Assembly: GCA_039586365.1 (NCBI GenBank)
Contig: JBDHKN010000071.1
Location: forward strand, 1 to 23,860
DNA length: 23,860 bases
DNA from: Gemmatimonadota bacterium
Lineage (GTDB): Bacteria; Gemmatimonadota; Gemmatimonadetes; Gemmatimonadales; GWC2-71-9
Direction of reading: 5' to 3'
The translations under genes were made by a program, and so were the position numbers. This document shows positions 15,821 through 23,860 of the stretch, one piece after another. The notes beneath the pieces were generated by a model, which was given only the letters and a program-made list of their open reading frames with translations, had not been told where the DNA came from and searched no databases. How positions within the stretch are numbered: position 1 is the first letter of the stretch; each line of letters begins with the position of its first letter.

Positions 15821-18800
15821 TCACCTGCCGGCAAGTGGAGCACCGCGGCGCCAGAAAACTTCGGTTTCAACGTCCAGCCGGTAGCCGCCATCCGACCGTT
15901 TCCACCGGTTGGTGATTTCCTTTTTCAGCGCGTCGAGGCGCTTACGCACCAGGCCTTCCCGTTCGACATCGGCAAGGTACGACAGACGCAGCACAGACGG
16001 CGCCTTCTTCAACTCTTCTATCAACTGGCTGATCTTGGGAGTCCATTGCAGCCGTAGTTGTGTGGTGTTCGGCTCGAACACGCCATCGGCGATATCGATG
16101 CGCACCACACGGTGGATGGTCGCTCCAAAGTTCAAGCGGAGCATCTTGCCGCGGGTGGCGCGCCTAACACGCGGATTTTCCGTGGTCAAGCGATAGCCGG
16201 TCGGCAGGCTGCGCTCGTCCAGCTTGAGGATGAAATTACTGCCGCGATCCTCGTCGGGCACCGCCGCGCAGGTGATGTGGAATCGACCGTGTTCATCGGT
16301 GGTAACGATCAGACCGCGCACTGTCACCACGCGAACCCCGGCCAGGCCCTTCTCACCCGTATCCTGCTGTCCGTTCAGATTGCGGTCGTCGAACACCTTG
16401 CCGATCACATCGGTGCAATCGAAGTTGGGATCAGGGATAACCCGCACAGTGGCCGTCGCCTCCCCAGAGACCGTGCCGCCGGTGGCTGTGTTGAGCACTA
16501 TCGCCCTGTTGACGTATTCGCCTTCGGAGACGCCGGAACCCACCACCAGGAGCAATTGGATGGTGTAGCGAGTGTCGACCTGCAGCTCGAGCCCATCCCA
16601 GACCAGTTCCCGGCCGTTGATCCGTGGTTCGGCCGGCTTGCCCTCCATACGGGCGGAACCGGCCACGTATTTGAAGCCGGCCGGGAAGCGATCGACGATG
16701 CTAATGTCCTGCAGCGGCACGCCGAACACGTTGGTCACGGTGATTGTGTAGGGCACCAGCTCTCCCCGGCTCACGTTGATCAGGGACGAGGTCTTGGTTA
16801 TGGCCACGGCCCCATCCAGTACCGGATCGATGGGGATGAAATTGTTGAAGATTTGGCTCTCAAAGGGCACGTTCCCATCGCTCAGCAGGAGGTGCAGATG
16901 ATAGATGGTGCCGGCCGTGCGCGGCAGGGCCGACCGAGGTGGCACTACCGCAGAGGCCACAACCTCGCAGTAGTTGGCGGTGGCCGGCACCGCATCGTCC
17001 GGACTGAGGGGGCAGGCGGGAACGGAGAACAGCGCCGTGTTTGCGTCACTTGTGGGCGGAATGATTTGGGACGGCGTGTTTAGATAACCAGTGGCCGGTG
17101 GTGTCACCTCGATGAGATAGGCGCTGCCCGCCGGACAAGACGCATCGCTGAAGTTCAGATCGAACTTATAGAAGCCGTCCAGGGCCGTAACCTGATTCTG
17201 CTGTGCCGGGTCATCGAAGCACTGGCTCGGCAGAGCCGCACCGGTTGCCGCGTTCAGCATCGTCACTCTGGCGCCGGCAACCGCCGTACGGCTAACCGAG
17301 TTGTACACGGCGCCGTTGGGCTGGATGGGCAGGTTCAGGTCCTGCAGATTGTTGCCCGATGCAACGATGATATCGCTGATGCGATGGGGTCCGTCGGTGA
17401 ACACAGAGTAGGCATTACCCAGTGCGGCGGCATTGGGGCCTGCGCCCCGGGCGGTGAAGCGCAGCTCATAAAGGTCCGGCGTGCCCTCGTTGGGCATCAG
17501 GCCGCTGAAGCGGTAAACACCGTTGGCATCGGTGGTCGTCGTGGCCACCAGCAGGCTGTTGCGATACAGGGCCACAGACCAGCCCTCCAGGCGTGTCTCG
17601 GTACTGTCATCTGAGTTGTCCAGATTGGCGTCGTGCCAGACATTGCCGTTGATAGCGGCGGTGCCTGGCGTGCCGCCCACATCGATGGATACGCTGGCCG
17701 AAGCGGGCGAGGCGGGACCGTCCCAGCTTACCTCGCCCCTATTGGTGATGGTGGTTCCTATGGCGACGATGGGGTTGATCTGCACCCGGAACCGCAACTC
17801 GGCACTGGCCCCGGAGGGCAGATCGCCATAGGTGGCGCCATAGTCGGCAGTGAGCTGGTTGCCGGCAAAGGTCACCCCGACGGCGGCCCCGTTGAGGGTG
17901 CCTGATCCGGCCACATAGGTCACCAACGTATTCAGGGGCAACTGCAACGGCGGGGGCAGCTGGTCCAGATCATCGGTGATCACCACGTTGGTGGCCGGCA
18001 CGGTGCTCACGTTGGTCACCCGCACGGTATATTCCAGTTGTCCTCCGGCCAGGGCGGTACCGCCGCCCACCACGGCGACATCTTTGGTCACTGTGAGCAA
18101 CTGGGTGTCGCCCACCACGATGATGGTGGGTTGAAAACCGTTGGAGGGCAGTCCGTCGGCATCGGTCAATTGGGGCGGCAATTCATTGGAGGTAAGGGTG
18201 CCCTGGTTGGTAATGACGGTGCCGGGCAGGACGCCTGTGTTGACCGTGACCTTAAAGGTGACCACGGCGCTCTGGCCGGTGGAGATGATGCCGGGTCCGG
18301 GGTTGTCGCTGGACTGGATGCTCAGGCCGGCGATAAGGGGCGATACACCGCCCGGCAGGGCTGTGCCGTTGAGCTCCAAGGTGTTTCCATTATAGATGGT
18401 GTCGGTGGGCACGTCATCGGTGAGCACCACTCCCGTGGCCGGAATGGCCGCGGTGTTGCTGATCGTAATGGTGTAGACCAGCACGTCGCCCGGATCGACA
18501 ATGCCCGGTGTGCCGTTGTTGTCCTGAAATATGGTCACCGTCTTGTGGGCGTAAAGCAGTGGTACGGCTCCCACCACGTCGCGGGTGGGGTCGTCGGGCA
18601 CCGGTGTGTCGGGATCATCCGAAGGATGGTCGGGCTGCGCCCCGCTGCCCTCGCCGGTACTGCTTACGAAACCCTGGTTCTCGATAACCAGGCCGCTCAC
18701 GGCGTTCGGATCCACCACCACATCAAAAGTTACCGTGACCACGTTGGTTGCCCCCGGCGTGGCATCAGCCCGCATGTATCCGGGTGTGGGATTTTCGCTG

Positions 18801-21800
18801 GCGTTAACCAGGATGCCGGCAACCAGCGGATTGACGCCGGGGCCCGGGTCGGCTACCGCAGTCCCGTTTAGGGTCGTGCTGTTGGCCACGTATGTGGTAT
18901 TGGCCGGCGTTAAGTCCCCCAAGCGGACGTTGACGGCGTCCTCATTGCCGATGTTTTTGATGGTGATGGTGTAGCGCAGGGTGTCTCCGGCCATAAGGAC
19001 CGCCGGATCGCCGGTGAGGTCCTGGGAAGTCTTCCAGATCTCGAAGGCAGGTCCAGAGCTGATCAGGGTGGAGGTTTGGTTACTTGGTTCGGAAGTCAGA
19101 TTGCCTCCAGTCAGCAGTGCCTGATTCAGCACGGTCGTTCCGCTTTGAATCACGGGGGCGAGTGTCGCCTCGAATACAATGGTTACCGAATCGTTGGGAT
19201 CCCCCTGTACAGCCAGTGTCAGGTTACGAACATCAACAATACCCGTGCCGTTGGCACCGCCCGTGGCATTTGTGTTTGTGGTATCGGCATTGGTATCTGA
19301 GACGCTTAGCAACTGCAGGCTGCCGGGAGCAAATTGCGCGTCCAACTCGTCCACCACAAAGGCATTGTTCAAAGGGGCAATACTTTGATTGGTGAGCACG
19401 ATGGTGTACCGGAGCGTATCTCCGGGCTCGGCATTCGTACCCGGATCTTGCCCAGTCGTCACATTGACGACGGACTTCACAATCGAGACCGCGAGCTTGG
19501 TCATCAACGTTACGGTAGCCGGGCCGGTGAAGTAGTCGTTTTCCACCGGGGTACCTGTGCCGTTACGCTCGAAGGCGTTGTCATCGTCCAGCCCGGTCCA
19601 CTGGACCGTGGCGCTGTTGGTCAGCGGCTGCCCCGGCACCACCCCGCCCAGCACCACAACGTCATAGGCCAGGGTGACCTGGGTCCCCTCGACCACGTCG
19701 ATGTCCGCGGTGCCATCGGCCAGGCTCCAGGTCAGGGTCTGCGGGGTGGTACTGCCATCCCCCGTTACCGTCGGGTCGGCGATGGTGTTGCCCGTGCCGT
19801 CCACGCTGGCCGTGCCGCTCTGGTAGGCCAGGCCTAGACTCAAACTGTCTTCAATCAGAAGATCGAACGCATCGGAGAAGTTATCTCCCGCTGCCCCGCC
19901 GTTGGCGGTGAAACTCACGCTGTAGCGCAGGATATCTCCGACATTCGGGGCCACACCAGGGTTACTCACGTTTGCCACGGCTTTGGTGATGGCTAACAGC
20001 GGCTCGACGATGATCACAGCTGCACTGGTGGAGGATGTATCCAACCCTGCGGGAATGTTCGTATAAGTGTAGGAGGCGGTGTTGGTGAAGCTGACACCGG
20101 CATTGGCCTGGTCATTGTTGGCCACACGCGCCGTCAGCGTAATGATGACCTGTTCACCGGCCGGGATGGTGGCGATCCCCAGATTGACATTTCCCGGGGC
20201 GACACTGTTGTCGGTCAGGATCACTGCCGCGCCCCCACCGTCAACCGCAGTAGCGCCGACATACTCCAGCGCGCCGTGCAGGGTGTCGGTCACCACCACA
20301 TTATCGAGTGCAGTGTTCACCGGCGCTGCCGGTACCGTGATCTGGTAGACCACGTTATCACCGATGGTCGCTTCCACCGGTGAGACCAGGGTCTTTATTA
20401 GCTGCTCGTTGTTTACGATATTGGTCATCCACACTTCCGCAACGCTGGTGGACGTGTAGAGACGGCCCGTCTGGGAAAGAGGCAGTGACCGGTATTCAGG
20501 CAGTCGGGCCTGGTTGCTCCAGGTGTTCGAGACCGTGAGATCAGTGTGGAAACCAATGTTGTAATCGATCGTCACGCATTCACCTGGATTGACGAGAGCG
20601 CTATCCAGAAGCGCGATCCGCATCTCCCCACCTCGAGGGGGTGCGGTGTATGTGTAATCGGTGCCCGCCGTCAACGTGTTCGCACCGATTTTGACAACCG
20701 GCGGATTCGCCACAAGGTCGCTCTCGTCAAGCTCCGGTGCAAGTTGGTCCGTAATCACCACACCGTAAGCTGGCGCCAGACCGTCGTTACAGGACGATAG
20801 CTTGAAGTTCATTATATCGGTCGAAATGCTGACCTGGTACGGCTCGGCCGCCGTCCCGGTGCCGAGGCGCCCCGTTCCCAGATCCACTTTGCTGATCGCC
20901 CTCATTTGCGGCTGACGGACCTCGATCGTCTCCGTCGCCGTCAATCGGGTGGGGTAGACGGCCGGATCGCCGCCGGTGTAGGAGAGTCTCGCGGTGTTGG
21001 TGCGCAGAATACTCGTGCTATAGTCCACGCCCGTCGGCGGCGCGTCGGTCACCACCCTGGCGACATACTGAATCACCAGCGGATCAATCGGCGTTCCGTC
21101 ATTGCTCGGCTGGTTGGTTATATCGCCTAACTGCCAGCGCAGGCGTCCCGTATCGCCGGCCGCAGGTTGGGCCGCCAGCGTGTAACTGAAATCCGGACCC
21201 GCAGTGATGGAAAAGCTTTCGAACGCCAGTCCTGCCGGCAGGTCATCCTCCACCACGACGTTTCGCGTGGTGTATTCCTGCAGATTCAGCGTCAGATCGA
21301 AGGTGACGGTATCGCCGACGCGAACGATCGGATCGGTGGTACTGGGCGGTGTCTCGGCATAGGAGTCCTCGACGGCTGATTTGGCAATGGAAGTGTTATC
21401 GAGCGTCCCGACGCTGACAGTGGCAGGACCGTAGCAGTAATCATTGAGTGTATCCGTCGTCGGGCAACCCGCGCCGGTGCGCTCGGCCAAGGATCCGCCG
21501 TCCAGAGAGGTCCAGTCCACAAAGACGCTGTTATTGATGTCTGCGCCCGTGACCGCTTCCACCGACACCTGATAGGTCAGCACCAGCGTCTGGCCGGGGG
21601 GGATGTCGAGCGTAAAGTCGCCGTTCTTTTGCCCCCAAGCGAGTGCACCTGTGGGCAGTGTGGTTGGAGTTACAACGAAACCGACAACATCGATCCCGTT
21701 GATCTGAGCGGTGGCGGAATTGGGAACCAGCGATACGTTCGCCGGCAAAGTGTCGACCACACTGGTGTCAAACGCGGTGGAGTTACCACTATTGGGAATG

Positions 21801-23860
21801 GTGATTAGATATTCGAGGACGTCACCTACTGTGGCTGGATCATTTGGCAGTTTGCCCGCTGGCGTGACAAAACTCACCGCCTTGGTGGCAGTCAGGTCCG
21901 GCTCGACCACGTTCATGTTGCTGGTGCCACCCGCGCCACCAGTCGCTTGCGTCGCGTTGTTGCCGTTCATCCGGTTGTAGGTGTAAGACGCGCTGTTTGC
22001 GAATGACAAACCACTCTGGTTGGTGATGGTGTTTTGCAGCTCTACCGTAATCTCGATAACCGCCTGACCGTTGGCGGGGATATCGATACCGGTCGCCGCG
22101 TCTTCAATGATAAGGTTGGTAGCTGTGCCGGTATTGCTCAGGGCCCAGGCGCCGCCGGATACCACGGTTGCGTTGACAAAGCTCAGGTCTGCGTTGGACA
22201 GGCCCAGATCGTCCAGAATCCGCACATCAAACAGGGGTACGGCGATCGGGATCGCGGGCACTGTGATGCGGTAGTTGAATTGTTCGCCGATTGTCGCGCT
22301 CGCCTGGGTATTCGCCTTCGACACCGGGCCGGGAGTCTGAATGAGCACCTCTGTGGGATCAGCCGGATCACCGGGCGCGGCGATTCCGTTAACGTACGGG
22401 TCATCACTGTAGGCAGTGAGCCCAATAGCAGAGAGAATCGCCTGGTTAGGAACCACGGTACCGTTGGCGAGGTTCGCGGCCAGGTTGATCTCAAACTCGA
22501 ATACGAACTCGCCGCCGACTGGGACATTCAGAGAGGGAGGATCGCCGCTGATTTCCAACAGGCCTGTACCCGAATCAAAGCTGTACGTGGCTCCCGTGGG
22601 TGGAAACGTAACCATGGCGAACGCGGTCAGATCGAAGAGGCTCGGGTCCAGCTGGTCGCTGATCGTGACCCCATTGATCGTCTGGTCAACATTGAAGAGC
22701 CGCACCCGATAGCGCAGCCTGTCACCCGGGGCGGCCGTGGTGGCCGGATTTGCACCACTGGACAGATTCTCGACCGTCTTCTGAAAATAGTAGCCGGCCA
22801 ACGCCGTCGTGACGGTCTCGCTGTCCTGGAAATCCGCCACGCCCGGTGTGCCATCGGTGAGCGTCCTGTCGTATTGGCGGCGGCCGGCAAAGCTGCTGTC
22901 ACCACTGAACCATTGGGTAGCACCGGCAACGTTGGTCAGGGCCAAGCCGTCTTGCGTAATGCCTGCATCGAGCTGAGATTGGTAAGTGACAATCAGGTGC
23001 TGGGAGGGCCCAATCACTGCCTCGGCCGACTCCATGGTCAGGCTGAGCTGGCACGTGGGCGCACCATTATAAGTAACGGAGTAATCGGTGCCCTGCACCA
23101 GCGGACCCGAGATCGAAGTGACGCCATCCGCCGCAAAAATCTCTGCGCTGACCCCCGGCCCTGTGGTAGGGTCATAGTCGCACATGCCTACTGGGATCTC
23201 GTCGAGGATCGTGGTGTTCCAGGCATCGCCACCGCCTGTGTTCTGGACATCGATGGTGAAGGTCGCCGTGTCTCCCAAATTCAAGGCCGTCTCACTGCTC
23301 GTCTTTGTGACCACGAGATCGGGTTCGACGATGGTCATCGGAGCCGAAATCCCATTCTCACCCGGGAGGGGCACGTAGAACACGCCATCTATGTATCTCC
23401 CGAAGGACCACTCGGCGGTATTGGTGAACACCGTCCCTGCCGCGTTTGCCGGCGTGTTGTTCAGAACGACTGTGATCTCGATCACGATCTGCTCCCCGGC
23501 CGGGATGAGGGGAAGGCCACTAAAATCGAACGTGAGCACACCTCCGACATTGGAGAATGTGTGCGGCGCCGGCGTAGGTGGCGTACCACTGCCCCGCCAG
23601 TAGGCGACGTGGCTCACATAGGTGAGGTCCGCACCCGTCGCGTTGAGATCGTCCGTGAGTATGACGCTGTGCAAGTCGTTCAATGACCCAAAGTTATTGA
23701 TGACGGTTCCGGTGGCTGCGTCGTACAGGACTGGGCTCGTCAGCGTGTAGATAAAGGGAACACCGACGGCGGCGAACGGCGCGGGACTCTGCTTATCAAT
23801 TTTTTCTACGGGTATTAAAAGGTTCTGACAGCCTTCCTGGATGGCGGATGAGGAGCCATT
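15821..23860 (-). CDS. Giant DUF11 / isopeptide-domain repeat surface protein with SdrD-B-like domains (putative adhesin; start lies outside the window)
   Basis: The frame stays open from 23860 (NGSSSAIQEGCQNLLIPVEKIDKQSPAPFAAVGVPFIYTL...) through the track's TTG 'start' at 23683, so it is >=2679 aa. 14 modules of type xxK(T/S)...GDxLxYT(I/V)xxxN...xxDxLP...xNxA. SdrD-B-like units INGNVWHDANLDNSDDSTE and VIGKVFDDRNLNGQQDTGE. T/V/G/P/D-rich composition. Confidence 0.92.
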   Translation of the reverse strand, partial: NGSSSAIQEGCQNLLIPVEKIDKQSPAPFAAVGVPFIYTLTSPVLYDAATGTVINNFGSLNDLHSVILTDDLNATGADLTYVSHVAYWRGSGTPPTPAPHTFSNVGGVLTFDFSGLPLIPAGEQIVIEITVVLNNTPANAAGTVFTNTAEWSFGRYIDGVFYVPLPGENGISAPMTIVEPDLVVTKTSSETALNLGDTATFTIDVQNTGGGDAWNTTILDEIPVGMCDYDPTTGPGVSAEIFAADGVTSISGPLVQGTDYSVTYNGAPTCQLSLTMESAEAVIGPSQHLIVTYQSQLDAGITQDGLALTNVAGATQWFSGDSSFAGRRQYDRTLTDGTPGVADFQDSETVTTALAGYYFQKTVENLSSGANPATTAAPGDRLRYRVRLFNVDQTINGVTISDQLDPSLFDLTAFAMVTFPPTGATYSFDSGTGLLEISGDPPSLNVPVGGEFVFEFEINLAANLANGTVVPNQAILSAIGLTAYSDDPYVNGIAAPGDPADPTEVLIQTPGPVSKANTQASATIGEQFNYRITVPAIPIAVPLFDVRILDDLGLSNADLSFVNATVVSGGAWALSNTGTATNLIIEDAATGIDIPANGQAVIEITVELQNTITNQSGLSFANSASYTYNRMNGNNATQATGGAGGTSNMNVVEPDLTATKAVSFVTPAGKLPNDPATVGDVLEYLITIPNSGNSTAFDTSVVDTLPANVSLVPNSATAQINGIDVVGFVVTPTTLPTGALAWGQKNGDFTLDIPPGQTLVLTYQVSVEAVTGADINNSVFVDWTSLDGGSLAERTGAGCPTTDTLNDYCYGPATVSVGTLDNTSIAKSAVEDSYAETPPSTTDPIVRVGDTVTFDLTLNLQEYTTRNVVVEDDLPAGLAFESFSITAGPDFSYTLAAQPAAGDTGRLRWQLGDITNQPSNDGTPIDPLVIQYVARVVTDAPPTGVDYSTSILRTNTARLSYTGGDPAVYPTRLTATETIEVRQPQMRAISKVDLGTGRLGTGTAAEPYQVSISTDIMNFKLSSCNDGLAPAYGVVITDQLAPELDESDLVANPPVVKIGANTLTAGTDYTYTAPPRGGEMRIALLDSALVNPGECVTIDYNIGFHTDLTVSNTWSNQARLPEYRSLPLSQTGRLYTSTSVAEVWMTNIVNNEQLIKTLVSPVEATIGDNVVYQITVPAAPVNTALDNVVVTDTLHGALEYVGATAVDGGGAAVILTDNSVAPGNVNLGIATIPAGEQVIITLTARVANNDQANAGVSFTNTASYTYTNIPAGLDTSSTSAAVIIVEPLLAITKAVANVSNPGVAPNVGDILRYSVSFTANGGAAGDNFSDAFDLLIEDSLSLGLAYQSGTASVDGTGNTIADPTVTGDGSTTPQTLTWSLADGTADIDVVEGTQVTLAYDVVVLGGVVPGQPLTNSATVQWTGLDDDNAFERNGTGTPVENDYFTGPATVTLMTKLAVSIVKSVVNVTTGQDPGTNAEPGDTLRYTIVLTNQSIAPLNNAFVVDELDAQFAPGSLQLLSVSDTNADTTNTNATGGANGTGIVDVRNLTLAVQGDPNDSVTIVFEATLAPVIQSGTTVLNQALLTGGNLTSEPSNQTSTLISSGPAFEIWKTSQDLTGDPAVLMAGDTLRYTITIKNIGNEDAVNVRLGDLTPANTTYVANSTTLNGTAVADPGPGVNPLVAGILVNASENPTPGYMRADATPGATNVVTVTFDVVVDPNAVSGLVIENQGFVSSTGEGSGAQPDHPSDDPDTPVPDDPTRDVVGAVPLLYAHKTVTIFQDNNGTPGIVDPGDVLVYTITISNTAAIPATGVVLTDDVPTDTIYNGNTLELNGTALPGGVSPLIAGLSIQSSDNPGPGIISTGQSAVVTFKVTVNTGVLPGTVITNQGTLTSNELPPQLTDADGLPSNGFQPTIIVVGDTQLLTVTKDVAVVGGGTALAGGQLEYTVRVTNVSTVPATNVVITDDLDQLPPPLQLPLNTLVTYVAGSGTLNGAAVGVTFAGNQLTADYGATYGDLPSGASAELRFRVQINPIVAIGTTITNRGEVSWDGPASPASASVSIDVGGTPGTAAINGNVWHDANLDNSDDSTETRLEGWSVALYRNSLLVATTTTDANGVYRFSGLMPNEGTPDLYELRFTARGAGPNAAALGNAYSVFTDGPHRISDIIVASGNNLQDLNLPIQPNGAVYNSVSRTAVAGARVTMLNAATGAALPSQCFDDPAQQNQVTALDGFYKFDLNFSDASCPAGSAYLIEVTPPATGYLNTPSQIIPPTSDANTALFSVPACPLSPDDAVPATANYCEVVASAVVPPRSALPRTAGTIYHLHLLLSDGNVPFESQIFNNFIPIDPVLDGAVAITKTSSLINVSRGELVPYTITVTNVFGVPLQDISIVDRFPAGFKYVAGSARMEGKPAEPRINGRELVWDGLELQVDTRYTIQLLLVVGSGVSEGEYVNRAIVLNTATGGTVSGEATATVRVIPDPNFDCTDVIGKVFDDRNLNGQQDTGEKGLAGVRVVTVRGLIVTTDEHGRFHITCAAVPDEDRGSNFILKLDERSLPTGYRLTTENPRVRRATRGKMLRLNFGATIHRVVRIDIADGVFEPNTTQLRLQWTPKISQLIEELKKAPSVLRLSYLADVEREGLVRKRLDALKKEITNRWKRSDGGYRLDVETEVFWRRGAPLAGR

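Noticed and set aside
23681..23683. TTG as the start of the giant protein
   Set aside because: The frame is open to the window edge, the TTG falls inside a repeat module, and no signal peptide follows it.
22034..23686. Long plus-strand ORFs (550 aa here; also 16058..17083, 12934..14013, 18038..18871, 15010..15768)
   Set aside because: They lie antisense to well-supported genes, have no recognisable motifs, and are expected shadows of biased codon use in GC-rich genes.

Overview
The window holds one minus-strand gene cluster of 12 co-oriented CDSs, two of them cut by the window edges. It looks bacterial, diderm and fairly GC-rich. In transcription order: (1) a giant, 5'-truncated surface protein (>=2679 aa) with 14 DUF11/isopeptide-type Ig-like modules and SdrD-B-like domains; (2) a ~1706-aa protein with three OmpA-like domains and a very large C-terminal beta-barrel region ending in Phe; (3) a small exported protein; (4-6) three exported TPR proteins, two of them lipoproteins; (7) a 95-aa exported protein; (8) a MotA/TolQ/ExbB subunit; (9-10) two ExbD/TolR subunits, one lacking the canonical Asp; (11) a TonB-like AgmX/PglI(GltG)-type transducer; (12) the start of a second ExbB paralog. 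Genes 4-11 resemble the core of the myxobacterial Agl-Glt apparatus (GltC/D/E/F/G plus AglR/Q/S). Here they sit with a giant adhesin and a barrel carrying a SprA-like motif, and the usual GltA/B/H/K and CglB partners are not recognisable in the window. My main hypothesis is a proton-motive-force-driven system that exports, displays or moves a giant covalently stabilised adhesin. Family assignments come from reading motifs by eye; no searches were run. No RNA genes, mobile elements or CRISPR arrays were seen.
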